From: Selaginella moellendorffii
Lineage: Eukaryota > Plantae > Lycopodiophyta
Assembly: GCF_000143415.4 (NCBI RefSeq)
Contig: NW_003314269.1
Location: 706,401-770,400, forward strand
Reading direction: 5' to 3'
Length of the DNA: 64,000 nt
A model generated the notes under the pieces. That model saw nothing but the letters and a program-made list of their open reading frames with translations, was not told where the DNA came from and searched no databases. Shown here piece after piece: positions 11,530-25,138 of this stretch (positions are counted from its first letter, which is position 1; every line of letters starts with the position of its first letter). The translations under genes and the position numbers were made by a program.

Positions 11530-14500
11530 CCTAATATGCTTTAATATACCTTTGAGCTTCCTTTTGACCCATGTTGATTATGGAGTCAAAGCTAGCACTT
11601 AACAATTCTTCCCCCCCAACAAAGTCCTTGTCCTAAGGATGAGTTGTACTAGTGATCACTTTTTCTAGGGAATTTTGTTTAAGCTCTTAGTACATTTTCC
11701 ATAGTTGTATACATCAAGGATGCATTAGGCCTTGCACTCCAAGATAATATACCTTTCAACTAATTGATATAAAATATTAAATGAATTTTCACCTAGTTGG
11801 CAACCATACCCAATAAACCACCTTATCAATGTGCTCTAACACTTTATATAGACTAACATATTAATGAGAAAGTTTATCACCCTTCCCATTCTACAAAAAC
11901 ATTAAAATGTTCTATTGCTCACTTGACGAAAAAATCACTAGCACAAAGATAAGATCACCCACCTTATATTCCCAAAATTGGCAATGATCAGTAGTAAACT
12001 TCTTCACTCTAACCTAAGCTGCCTACAAATTCTACTTGCACACCACCAAAATCTCATTAAATTTTGTGGCTAAATCAATTGCCTTTGAGTCAAGTTTATC
12101 TTGAACATCCTTACTCAAATGTAATCCCAACTCTAATATTGTTCAGAGAGCTTTAAAGTCATTTGCATGGTATTCAGAAAGCTCTTCCACTAGTAAACTT
12201 TGAGCCTCAATTACTGATGATGTCCTCTAGCAAACAAAAATCAAGATAGACCTCCTCCAAGTAGACCACAACTAAGTCAGAGGCAATGACACTCTTTTGA
12301 AGAGTGAATAACCGCACATACTATGTCAATTGATCTAATATAACTCACATATAGCATTAGTATTTTATCCTTCTATCTTTTTGTTCAAAGTATAATAATC
12401 AATACACATTCACATTAAACTATCTTTCTTCCTCACAAACAAAATTAGAGCACCAAATGGAGACTTACTTGGTTGAATAAATTTAAACTTAAATAACTCC
12501 TTGACTTGTTATTGAACCTCTTGCTCTTTCATATAGCATTAGAAAATTACATCTAGCATTGTTGCCTCTCCCCCATACATGCCTTTGGTTCCTCAAGTTA
12601 GAAATAAATAGCAAGTAATTTGAAAGTTTTTGTCCATTATGACAAGCCCACTTCAAAAATGTAATAGAGAGCATAACAACTAAATGTTAAACTCCCTCTC
12701 CAAACCACATATCATTGACTCCACCGCACTCTAGTGAGATATGTTTAATGCTCCACTTTATCTTTGAATCCACCTTCACCAACCATGGCATCCCAAAAAT
12801 GAGATCCACATAATAGATATTTGCAAGATTAACCAACACTTCCAGCCCCTCTACACAAGCATCAAAATGTTGAGTAATGTCTCATCTAGCACCATTACAA
12901 CTACTTAAGATTGATATATAAAGGACACTATTCTTCACCATATTACCAGATCCTTCAAACTGCTTGGCAACACTTCCTTACCTTCCAATTGCACACTTAG
13001 TTCCAATTAGCAATGGAATACTTTTCAACAGCACACTAAAGTCCTCGTTTATATGGTATGACTATGTTGGCCAATTCTTTTCTTGCCTTGGCTGTGGATT
13101 CACCATGATCAAGGCACTCGGAGCACCACCGCTTAGATGTATGGGATGTTTCGAGGGGCATAGCTTGTGTCAGAGGTTGCATCAAATTAGCTTGTTAGAG
13201 TGCGGAAATGTAACTTCAACCCGAATCCAAGAGGAGTGGCTCACCTTTGGTCATGATTCCAGATGGATAGTGCCAAGGGTACAACTATACTAGTATGAGG
13301 GTATGGGATTGGTGTGGCAGCACTACACTTGCATGGCCTGATGGGAGGTAGGAAATAGCAATTTTAGTTGGAGGGGATCGGTCACACAGCAATGAGGAAA
13401 GGACTTCTAGGCAATAGCAGCATCACCATTACTAGAGATTATACACTCCTCCTCAATTTATCGCACCATAGGATCCATGACTATACATCTTTAGGGGCTT
13501 TTTATATCTGTAGGTGCTATATGGGTGGAGATCAAGCGAGGGCGGTGTACCACCACTGATTTCACAACTGACTCAAGTCCCTCACATTAGTAGGCACAGT
13601 CGATATGGGAAAGATGAGGCTGGGGACCATAGATAAGGCAAAAAGTTCACAACCACTAAGGATTAGGAGTATATATTTGTGGAGTGAGTGGCATGGATTT
13701 TGTTGCATAGAATTGGACTCAAGTTCCTTTGATTAGGATTGCACAGAACTAGACTCTAGTTCCATTGATCCCTCTTTCTTCACCCCCCCTCCCAATTATG
13801 CATGTCAAAATTGGACCTCTATGGATTTTTTAAAGGATAAATATGAAAAACCCCATTTAACAAAATGCTAAGCAAGGGTAATTGCACCTTCCACTATGTA
13901 TGGAAGAACTGCTTATATCACTAGACCATAACTTGCTGGAACAAAGTTGTTATCACTCCCACTATCCAATAAAATCTAGACCACCACAGAACACGCTCTC
14001 CAGCTATACTTATTGGCAAACAACTGAACAAAACGAACTAAACAGACGCAAATGTGTTCAAACATAGAGACTTTTGATATGAACGAAGATACTAGTTTGT
14101 ATAATTCAAATGTAAATAAACCCTAAATATATGTAAAAGAAATAAATTTGAAACATTGAAACTTGAAATTCAAATTTCAAACACACAAACAGTAGTGATC
14201 ACACTTCCTCTTCTTCATCATCAACATTTGATCCCATCCCTGCCTCATCATCATAAACCTCCTCCATTTCAACATGCAACTTCAATTCAATTTCCTCAAG
14301 TATTTCCTGCATCAAAAGAATTCTGATCCACTGAGGCTCAACCTTTATTTCATCCGCATTCACCTCCAAAAGCCTCATCTCATGTGTTTCCATCTCCTTG
14401 AGTAGCTTCAAGTTGCTGTAGTAGAAGAAGAGCTTCTCCATGGTCTTTACAAGCAAATGAGCTCACCTCTTTATTTGCATGATGCTCCAAATGCTCCAAT

Positions 14501-16992
14501 TTTGCTCAGAGGCTGAAACTAATATAGTATGGCTAAGAACACGCATAGCAATCTCTTGAAGTTCTGGCAACACTGATCCATACTCTATCCACTAGCTCAT
14601 TAGATGGAGCTGCATTTTTCAATGTTTGGCAATTGCATGAGACATCTCTTATGGTGTAGCCTCCATAAACTCCGATATTGGAAAGTGAGCTTTTGAAACA
14701 ACTCATAGTTCTTGGCTCCAGCCACTAGCTCAAAATAATCATAAAGATCACTCTTTGCCTCAGAATTTTCTAGCAAGCTCAACCAGAGAGGATTCAAACA
14801 ATGAGTAGCACTTTGGAGCATAGAGTGGAACATTTTCTATTAGCTCTTGCTTTGCAGATGGAGATTCACGGGGTCAAGCTCTTCTGTGCTCAACTCAAAG
14901 ATGAAATGCTTGATGATGTTGATCCTCTTTTCAACAACCATCTTGTTCACATCCAAAACTTGAAGAGCTTCTTGAGCTTGATCCATCTCCTCAAACAGAA
15001 GCCCAAGGTTGCTCCTTCTCGATCTGCCAGCTTCAGAACCTTCAAAATTGGTTCCGTCACCAGCAAAACCTTAGCACAACAATGCCAAAAACTACCATTC
15101 TGAATCAGGACTTTTAGTGTTGAAACTTCGCTCAACTTATCCTAGTTTTGGTACCATACATCTAATACCACAAACTGCTGCAAAGCTTTGATCATCTCCA
15201 GTTCAGTCAAGGAGCTCATCACCATGAAGTTGTACAAAAATCTCGTCAACGCTGGTTTGATGAGGTCTCAAGCGGTGATTTTCCAGAATGCTGTAACCAA
15301 GTTTAGCTTCTTCAGCATAAAATTGCACATCTGCCGTGAACGATCTTCGAAAACTCCTCTTTCATGAAATCCCCCATGCGAACAAAGTTGAAGCCAGTAG
15401 CAGTGATCATTTGAACCACATTCTCAAATCCAACCTCCATGAGAACAAGGCTCAACTTCGACCACAACTAGAGACCGGTTTCTTCTCCTCCAACGCATCA
15501 AACAATTTCAGAAACACTAATCCATGAATGTTCACCACCATCACGTTCACAATGCTTTGTTTCCTTGGGCATTGCCAACTATTAGTGATGATCGTGTAGC
15601 CAAATCACTTCCAGCCTTCATGCACAACATCTAGCCTTGAGTTCAAGCTTTCATACTCCTTATTTAAATGTTTCACCTGGATCGCTTCATACTTTAGAGA
15701 CACTGAGAAGTAGCCTGGACCAATTTTCCCCACAGTGCTGAGCATCTCTTTCTAATACAGGTTGTTCACAACATTGAAGGCTTGTGCAGTTCCATAGATG
15801 AACCTGCAAACAGCAACATCCACATCAATGTAGCTCTGGTTTTGCAATGTTGTATATAGGCTTTGTTGTCTGCCAGCAGCCATACCCAGGCCCAGTTGCA
15901 TCCCCCCACTAGAATTCATAGGACTTGACATGTTGCTCTGTTATTGCCCGCCAAAAAGTCCTCTAGAGAGTGCTTGCCCTGTTTGGGCATCTACTGCATT
16001 ATTATTATTTGAAATAGCAAAATCCATTGTCGCAGCCAGGGATTATTGACTTAGAGCATTACTACCTGGTAGAAATGAAGATGTTCCATGACTCACAATC
16101 AATGGGCAGGTAGCAAAAGCTGATCTCTAGGAAAGGAGTCTTGAAAATCTCCCTATTGATGTTTACATACTGGGCATTTGTAGTGTAGACAGCAAGACCA
16201 TCTTTTTGTGATGGTTCACAACAATGATAATCACTAAAGCACTTCATTTGCATCTCATTGAGCACATTCAAGGGCACCTAACCACAGCAAACCTCAATCT
16301 CTTCCCCCAGGACCCTCCCTACATGTGCAATCAAACTCTTTAGCAAACCAAATTTCAACTCATTGTAGAACTTGCCCATGGCTTTGCTTGTAAGCTGCAC
16401 CATAAATAGTGAATTGATCCCAAGGAGTTTTGTTTTTTCCCTGGACGATCAGAAGAGGTGGCTTGGCGAGCCATTGCAGCAGCAATTGCCTCCCATCCGT
16501 AGAAAGAAACATAAAAGATTGTAAAAGATTCTGGTTTAACTTGGAATATTTGTTTAACTTGGCAACCCTCTGCAAATGGAATGCGAACACATATGCAAAC
16601 GCCCGTTTGTGAAAGGTTTTTACAAAATCAACCACATTTTCCGATAAGTATGCCTTCAACATTAAAGCTAATGCATAAATGTTCTCAAATTCCATCTTGT
16701 TCCACACACAATTGAGTTGATGAATAACAATTGAAAAGCCTCTTCCTTTGACCGGAATGGTTTTCCCCATCATTCTCACATTATAAACTTTGCAACTTTT
16801 TAGTATTTAACATACTATTAATAGAAGATTAACCATTTTTTTTACCCTATTACTTGTTCTTTAGTTGTGGACAATCAGCCCTTCATTGTGAGCCCTAGAG
16901 TAGATTAAATTTTATATTTTAACATCCCTTAATATACTTTTGAGTTTCCTTTTGACCCACATTGACCACAGAGTTAAAGCTAGCACTTAACA
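11530..16992 (-). mobile_element. Decayed Ty3/gypsy element (protease, RT and integrase remnants; partial LTR ends) interrupted by a hAT remnant
   Basis: Shared ~75-bp LTR end ...gagt(c/t)aaagctagcacttaaca at 11604 and 16992; PPT complement attcttccccccc at 11605-11617; RT motif IQPSKSPFGALILFVRKKD...MCIDY at ~12400-12480; VDLIFGMPWL at ~12780-12810. Confidence 0.7.
14199..16430 (-). mobile_element. hAT-superfamily transposase remnant (DUF659 region plus C-terminal dimerisation domain)
   Basis: Minus-strand LPELQEIAMRVLSHT..VSASEQNWSIWS...KLFFYYSNLKLL and an acidic tail; EPILKVLKLAD; LHSAT-like HCLNP; YTIITNSW; multiple stops and frameshifts. Confidence 0.75.
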
Positions 16993-17671
16993 ATGTATAT
17001 AAATAAGTTCCTATGCTTTATAGTTATGCACAAATGGATTGTAACCAGAGCTTTGTGTGATTCATTATAAACAAAGTAATTTTATTTTAGAAAAAAGAAG
17101 AACGAAATGAAAACTGAAAGCAACTGAACTCTTCGTGCACTGCAATTCTCAGATAACTTACACATTAACCCAGTCGCACCGCTTTTGTCTAAACTGCAGC
17201 CTAAGAAAGTCTTAGTTAATTTGTGGCAAGGTCAATTCCCTTGGCTGTGGACAAACGTAGCTGGGATCGATGGCCCTGGTGAGAGCTCAGACAACAACAT
17301 AATCTGGTTGAACACTCAAGATTGTGGGATCTTCAGCTTCGGCTTTCACTGTGCAGCGGAATCCTTCTCCTTCCCTCCAGGATTGAGTGGGGGAATCCAC
17401 CACGTCTCTCTCTTCGTTTTCGCAGCGCTCCTCCACCAGCACACTTGAGCAAAGGCCGAATTCAGTGGGTTGATAACGGTGGATTCGAGCTTGACCTTCT
17501 TGGCAGATCTCCTCAAGCGTGAGAACATACCTTGCTTGGAGTTTGCAGTGACGAAAATCGCGTTAAAACACGGCATTCTTTCGTACACAGAGTTGGCCGA
17601 CATACTTTTTTATTAAACAAAAAAACTAGAACTGTTGTGTGATTGAATCTATTACTTAGGGCTTGGCAGCG

Positions 17672-19623
17672 ATGGAGCGCCTCCCGCTGTCCGTGCTCCA
17701 GGACATAGTTTCTCTGCTCGATCTCTCTTCTCTCTTCGCGGCCGCGTCGACGTGCCGGGTGCTGAAAGCCGCTGTCGATCAGGAGCTGCCGTTCTTGGAA
17801 AATCTTCATCTTGAGGTATGTCGCGTAGAAATGCCCATCAGCTATTGATCTCCGGGCTCTCTAGGACTATTCTCTGGATCGTGCCACATTGAAACGGCTC
17901 CTAACGTCGAGCATTGGCTCGTCGAGCTCGCGATTAAGTTTGAAACTCCGTGGCGTGGCTCTGGAGGATGATATGGTAGACCTTATTGCCAAGCCTCAGC
18001 TGGAGGAGCTCCACCTCGAGTACTGCACAGAATTCTCGCCGGGGTTTTTTCACGACATTGGTCTCACTGCTCGCAACCTCCGGTAGGAGTCTGGCCTTGA
18101 TATACTGTATGCTAAATCTTTTTCCTATCGTGCTATAGGCGTCTATCGATAAATCCATGCTCGGATACCACAACGATGTCTTTAGCTTCACTCCAGCACT
18201 GCCATTCTTTGGAGGTATGTTCTTGCCTTTTCTTTATTGTGTGCTCATACGCGTTTTTTACTCCAGTCCTTGTCGCTGCTATTTGATCCGGAGGTTTTGG
18301 TATTTGGTGGTATTGTCCTACCTTCGCTATTAGTTCTTGAGATTGGTGGTCTTTCGGAAGAGCACGGTCTCAAGCTTATCCACGCCACAGCGTCTCCAGC
18401 CTCGCAGTACAAACTCCAAAGGCTGTCCTTGGTTCTCTACCATATCACCGACGCTATTGTGCAATGCGTTTCTGAGAACCTGCCTATGCTTTTGGAGCTT
18501 GAGTTGCGGGACGAGCCATCCGAGGCTTATCAGAACGACTTAACAGATGCGGGCATTCAGAAACTTGGAGCTCTTACTCGGTTGCGTCGGCTTTCCCTGG
18601 TCAGAGGCTCGAAATTTTTCTTCAAGCGAATCAACGACGTTGGAGTATTTATAATGATCCACAGCCTGCAGCAGCTGGAGAGTATAAGGCTCGGTGGTTT
18701 CTCTCGGATTACAGACGCTAGCTGCGCGGCTATTCTCTACAGTTGCTCGAAGCTTCACACTTTTGAGCTTATGAAGACGAGTAAGTTAACCGACTTGGCG
18801 TTTCACAACTTATCATCATCCGTTCCTCGCGGGCTTGTCAACGTGAACTTGTCTCTGAACAACTTGCTCAGCGATGACACTCTCGGGCACTTCGTCTGTT
18901 GCACCACTTTGGAGGTGTTAAATCTCAGAGGCTGTAGAAGCATCGGTGACGCTGGCCTGCGACATATCTCCAAGTTATGCAACTTGAAAACGCTATTGCT
19001 CGATGGCTCAGATGTTAGCGACTTCGGCCTTTATCCTCTTGCAAAGGGGAAGATGTCGTTGATATCACTTTCTCTGAGAGCTTGCACAAGGGTCACGGAC
19101 GATGGAATCGTCGCTCTAATGGCCGGCAGGGCAGCGAAAACGTTGAAGTCTCTTGATCTCTCACTCATACCGAAGCTTACGGACGCAAGCATTTTATCGC
19201 TAGTGCAGAATGGGGTGCTACCAGCAGAGCTTTGGTTACGGAACTGCTACCAGATAGGAGACGTCTCAGTGATGGTGTTGGCTACGCATCTCGCTATGCA
19301 TCCCGGAAGAGTTCTCAAGCTGCTTGATCTTTGGAACTGCAGAAAAATAACCGCGGATGCTTTAAGGTGGTTCAAGTGGCCTTACTTCTCCGGCCTGAGG
19401 AAGCTGGGAGTTCCTGTCCCGCTGGAAGAGACTATCAGATCAGCACGTCCTTCTACCCTTTTAAGCTTCGACGGATCCGAATGCTTTGATGATGAAAGTG
19501 GCTGGGTGGACGAACTTGAGAGGAGACTCGAGAAAACCAGCAACTATAGAGGTGTGAGTTTTCATTTTGTTGTCTCTTATCCTCATTTTTTTTCTTATGT
19601 TTGCAGTGGCTTCTACTTCGTGA
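17672..19623 (+). CDS. F-box/LRR-repeat protein (FBL-type, spliced)
   Basis: N-terminal F-box MERLPLSVLQDIVSLLDLSSLFAAASTCRVL; Cys-containing LRRs (LNLRGCRSIGDAGL, LSLRACTRVTDDGI); short GT-AG introns; inferred last exon ends VASTS*. Confidence 0.85.
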
Positions 19624-19742
19624 TGTTTCATCCAGGTAATTTCTTCGTAAGTTTGGTTATAGCTTGAACGAGTTGAACGGTCTAGATGTGCAGAGAGGGG
19701 TCTATCTGCTCCTCGTTTGCTTTGGCCTCTAGGAGCCCAGGA

Positions 19743-20819
19743 ATGGCAGCGTGGTGTGGAAGACCAATTTATCTCGCACTGGAGCCGCAGGTAGCCGCAT
19801 TTTACTCAGAAGTGCCTCCGGCATTGCGAGGATGCCCCAAGGTCACAATTTTCTGCTTCTACTTTTTCCTGTTCACTCACGTTTGGATCTCACAGACCAA
19901 ACAGTCTATAAAGATGAAGAGCTCCATGAACTTGGATCATTTTGATGGTAAAAGCTCTCTAACTTTGCGAAGGTATCCGCTAATCTGTCGTGTAGACAGG
20001 ACCAAGCGTCGGCAGATTCTCGTAGGCGTCGGGACATTGTTGTTGATCTCTCCCGACGTTGCCCGCGCCGAGAGTGAGTGTCTCAAGTACTCTCATATCA
20101 TGTTTTGATGGAAGAATGTTGCAGAAACTCCTGCAGGCTTCAAGGCATCATTGGACAAAAACGATGGCTACGTATTTTACTATCCATTCGGCTGGGAGGT
20201 AGCTCTTGAATCCTTCGTGTTTTTTTGTTGTTGTTGTTTATACTTCCTGCGATGTAGGAAATTGTTGTCAAAGGTCAGGATGTAGTGTACAAAGACGTGA
20301 TTGAGCCACTGGAAAGCGTCAGTGTGAATATTGTGAAAACTGAGAAAACCGACATTCACGATTTTGGACCTCCCGATAAGGTAAAGAAAATACCCTTTGG
20401 AAAGAATGGACACTTCACAGTACTATTTTGCCGCAGCTTTCGAAAACTCTAGTCGAGAAGTTCCTCACCTCACCGTCGCAAAAAACGCAAGTTATTGAAG
20501 CCAAGGAGGTATTTGTTAGCCCATCGATGTCTCTTTGTCTGAAGTTTCTCTCCTTCCGTCGCAGAGAGAAACCGATGGCAAGCCATACTACACGTTCGAG
20601 TTCCTTGCCAAGGACAAAACGTACACGCGACATGCGCTGGCAGCAGTCACAGTTGCAAACGGTAAAAGCTTGTCTCGAATCGTGATGTCCACTAAGCTTT
20701 TGAGATCGCAGGCAAATTCTACGCGCTCGTCACCGGAGCTAACGAGAGACGATGGAACAAGATGCGCGACCGGCTGCACAGCGTTGTCGACTCGTTCAGG
20801 CTCTTGGAATACTGAGTGA
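19743..20819 (+). CDS. PPL1: PsbP-like protein 1 (thylakoid lumen), multi-exon
   Basis: Spliced translation: twin-Arg KRRQIL signal; DGYVFYYPFGWEEIVVKGQDVVYKDVIEPLESVSV; YYTFEF; RHALAAVTVANGKFYALVTGANERRWNKM. Confidence 0.88.
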
Positions 20820-20851
20820 GCCTTTCTTCTTTTGTTTGTACTCACGGTCTT

Positions 20852-22510
20852 TCACGCACGTAGATCCTCCAATCGTCGAATAGCCACTGCTAAAGTATCC
20901 TCGTCCTGGTTTGCAAAGCAAAACCGGAACCAGCCTGGCTCCGGGGAGTGGCAAGCACTCCCAGGAGTTAAGTTCAGCCCAACCTCGTACACCACATTCT
21001 TCCACAGCTCGGTCTCTGCTTCTTCCGTGGGTGCCTTTAGGAATCTTGACAAGTCTATCCAGCAATAGAAACCAGCATTACCTTTCGCGCAGCCGGTACC
21101 TGTGTTTCTCAGCATTTCCACCACCCAGTCTCGTCTAGCTTTCAACCTCTTCTTATTCTCTCGCAGGTAGTCACGAACGAACTCCTTGTCCGAGAGAAAA
21201 GCACTGACGAAGCACTGCGTCTGCGTTGAAACCGAGCAAAACCTTCCCAGTCTAGCTGCCGTTGATAGAACCTGCTTGTTCCAAGAGTAGAGTGCCCCGA
21301 CTCTCAGTCCAGGGAGTCCCAGGTCCTTGGATATGCCGTAGACTATATGGACGCTGGCTTTGTCGTAGTCCCCGGATTCCATGACTTTGGCAATGCTGAC
21401 AAACTCCGGATCGTCGAAAGTGGAGCCGGCATAAACTTCATCGCAGATGAGGTGAATCCCTTCGCTCTTGATGAACTCCAGCATCTGCTTGAGCGTATCT
21501 GCTCGCAAGGAATTGCCGACGGGGTTGCTGGGTGACGCAACGAGCAGCGCGCGGACCTTCTTCCCGAGCTTGGCGCATTGATGGAAAGCCGCCTTGAGCG
21601 ACGCTGGCGTTACGTTGAATCCATTGGCGCTGCTGCTCTCCACGGGAATGAGCTCTACGTCGCTCCTCCATCGGCTGTCTCTCGTAAAACTGGCAAACCA
21701 AAGTAAGAATGATAAGTCACGAGAATTTCTGCATGAGAAGAGACGTGAAAAGAGCAAGGAAGAAATCTTTAAGAGCTGGAAACTATGAAGCAAGCAGGCA
21801 AAACTTTCTTTGTTTTCTAGAGCTAGAGCTGCGAGAAATGAGCTTGCAAAGAGCTAAGGATGCATGTAAGAGATGGATGCTAGAAAGCTTACCCGGGATA
21901 ATAAGGCGCTGGAACGAGGAACACATCTCCAGCTTGAGCCAGGCAAAAGCTTAGCACGTCAATGGCTGCCGTCGCACCGGCAGTCATCACAATGTTGTCT
22001 GGATCGAAAGCTACTTGGCCTCCTCCAAGTACTTCTTCCATGAAGCTCGCGAAAACCTGGAAGCAAGAGCCAGGAGTTAGCTAGAACACAAGAGAGATCG
22101 CTCCATACTTTTCGAAAGCTTGCTAGTCCGGCATAGTCTGGATACACGGCAATCTCGTCCACTGGAAATCTTGTAGCTTCTGGATGTGAATCAAGCCATT
22201 GTTCCAGCAAATCCAAAGAAAGCTGCCTCGATCAATCCAAACCAAGCAAACAAGATTAGAAGGTGCGAGCTCATAGAACCAGGAAATTTTCCATCACCTT
22301 GGATTCCGCCAAGCCTAGCTGAATGCATCCACCCGGATTGAAGACCGGATCGTATGGATTTCTTTGGAATTCCTTCCAGCCGAGGTAGTATGGAGAATCG
22401 CCGCCATCGAGAACGCTAGAACCTCTCTTGGAAATGCTGCTAGCGCTCTTCTTGTTGATGATCGACCCGCTCGATGGTGCTAGCTCGTCGGAATAGGTCT
22501 CCATGGCCAT
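20852..22510 (-). CDS. ACS: ACC synthase-like PLP-dependent enzyme (4 exons, no C-terminal regulatory tail)
   Basis: [49 protein letters not shown] (PLP Lys), [10 protein letters not shown]. Confidence 0.9.
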
Positions 22511-22571
22511 GAAAGTGGTCTGATTGGGAGGGAAGAACCCTAAATCTCGAAATATTGTTCATCTTCTTCTT

Positions 22572-25138
22572 ATGGTAAGAAGGCGCTGTGCGCATCGATC
22601 GATCGGTTCTAATAAGAAATGCTTTGCAGGGAGAGGAATTCCAGCAGAAATTGGAGGGCTATGTCGAGCAGATCGCCCAAGTAAGTCTTACCGAGCACAA
22701 ATCTCTCTAACTTTCTCTTTCGCTATAGTATCATGATCCGGCAATGCAAGGGCTAGCTAGAGCACTGCTGCCTGTAGAGGAATTCGAGGAAAAGGCCGCC
22801 ATCGCGCTTGCCAAGGTGAGCTCTACTTCGTGTTTCTTCCTCTTGATTTTCTTTGTTCATCTCAAGGAAGGGAAGTTCCAGCCAACCAAAGAAGAAGAGA
22901 ACCATTTTTTTCTCATTCAGTTGCTCCACTGGTTCAAGACATCTTTCAAGTTAGTTCGTTTGCTGGCTCTTCTTTCCCAAATTTCTTTTTTTCTGAAACA
23001 GCTCTGGATTTGCAGGTGGGTGAATTCACCCTCGTGTGATTTCTGTGCATCCAACACGCATCACATAGGCATGGGAGAACCAAGTGCCGAGGATCTCCAG
23101 TTTGGAGCCAGCCGTGTAGAGATTCACAGGTGTTTCCAGCTGAAAGTTTCGAGCATCTACAAACGTTTTAACTCCTCACCTTGCAGTTGCGAGCTTTGTG
23201 GAACAGTCACTCGATTTCCACGCTACAACAGTCCCGCAAAGGTAAAGTTGACTGGTTCCACTCGCTTGAATGCTGCCACTGATTTTATAGTATCAACTTT
23301 CTTTTGTCAAATGAAGCTCATGGAGACACAATGCGGTCGCTGTGGAGAATGGGCCAATTGTTTTACGTTCTACTGCGTTGCGCTAGGCTACAATGCTCGT
23401 CTGGTAACGCCGTGGTCATAGAATCTGTTGGTTCATGCTTGTAACTCTTGCTTTTGTGCAGGTCCTTGACTTCACGGATCACGTCTGGACAGAGTGCTAT
23501 TCTCCTTATCTCGGAAGGTATGCTCTCCCGACCTCTTATAAAGCTCTTGAAGTGCTTGTGCAGATGGGTGCACTTGGATCCGTGTGAGGCCTCGTATGAT
23601 ACTCCGCTTCTTTACGAGAAAGGGTACTATGTGACATTTCTTTTCCTCACGCTAACACCGGACTTGCGTCAAGATGGGGAAAGAAGCTGAACTACGTCAT
23701 TGCCGTTGCGAAAGATGGAGTTTATGATGTTACAAAACGATACACACGGAAGTGGCCAGAGGTACAAACTATATTGTGTGGCGCTTCTTTGACTTTGTTG
23801 TAAAAGGTAGTGTCTCGCAGGAACTTGGTAAGCGAAGAGACCGCGGAGGAGGTAGTAGCACTGCTAACAGCGATTCAAAGGAGCAAACTGGAACCCGAGG
23901 AGCTCGATATACTTGAGCAACGTGACAGGCAAGAGGCTGAAGAGCTCTCTGGAGCTCAAGCCAGCCCAGAGACGGATCAACACCTACCTGGTCGCCAGAG
24001 TGGCTCAAAAGAATGGCGTGAAGTCAGAGGAGAAATGGGAGTACAGCATATTGAGTCCGATCGCAGCTTCTGCCCGGCAAGGCTATGCGCAGATGAGCAC
24101 GTCGGTAAAATCTACCAAGCAATCGGGCTGTTATGCTCTCAAGAAAGAAGCACGGCAGAAAAAGAGCTGGCACTTCTCCACGACTTATTGATCAAGCTTA
24201 AGAGGCAGCCATTCAGAGCGAGAAGTGCGAAGCTGGAATCCACAGACGAAACTCAGCTGAACTTCCTGCAAAGCAAAGGCGGTGCGGCATGGCTGGATGG
24301 CATTGGAATGAAGCAAGCGAGCGATGGAAGTGGGGGAATGCAAGTCACTCTCAAGGAACCTCCAGGAAAGGCTGCTCTGGCTCTTGTCACAGCTCTTGAG
24401 AACGTCGAGAAAGTCACGAAGAAGCTCGCATCCCAGGACATGAGTTCGCTGCAGCTGATGTTACAAGGAAGGAGGCTTTGCGGTGGCTTGGTTTATGCCA
24501 CCGGCGAACAGATGCCCTCTGGAACGGTATGTTTTCTCGTTTCCCTTGGTTATTTCCTTCGCTTAAAACGAAGTTTATCGTTTGCAGGCTAGCGCAGCTT
24601 TTGACGGCCACTACTCCACAAAATGGGAAGAACCAGGAGGAGCAAAAGGTTGGCGAAGTTTTTTATTTTTTTCGCATCTAGAATTGAAACAGGTGTGCTT
24701 GTAGGCGCGACTCTTGTTTACCATTTGCATGGTAACGCATCTCAACACATTGTTGGATACGACTTAACATCCGCAAACGACTGTCCCGAGAGAGATCCTT
24801 TAGACTGGTACGTGAATCAATCGCCATTGTTATGGATCAGAGTTTTTCCTTTTGATTGCTTTTCCAGGATGCTCGAGGGAAGCTGCGATGGGGGTAAGAC
24901 CTGGCAACTCCTGGACAAGCGAAGTGGAGAGCTATTTCAAGAGCGCTACGAGAGACGATGCTTTATAGTTGCCAAAGAGTCCCAGTTTCCTTGCAGTGTT
25001 CTAAGGTAAAACCAGGTTTCATGCGTGTTCACCCTCAAATTCTCTCATTGACGCAGGCTCCAATTCGCAGCCGTAAGAGAGACTGTAAAAACGTCGAGGC
25101 TCCAGCTTTCCTCCATAGACTTTTACCTTCACAATTAA
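22572..25138 (+). CDS. PNG1: Peptide:N-glycanase, multi-exon
   Basis: RWVNSPSCDFC, TRFPRYN, GRCGEWANCF, DFTDHVWTECYS, WVHLDPCE, LPGRQSGSKEW; start inferred as a lone ATG exon at 22572. Confidence 0.88.

Noticed and set aside
17185-17603. Short ORFs on both strands upstream of the F-box/LRR gene
   Set aside because: No recognisable motif or consistent splice model; cannot be supported as a gene from sequence alone
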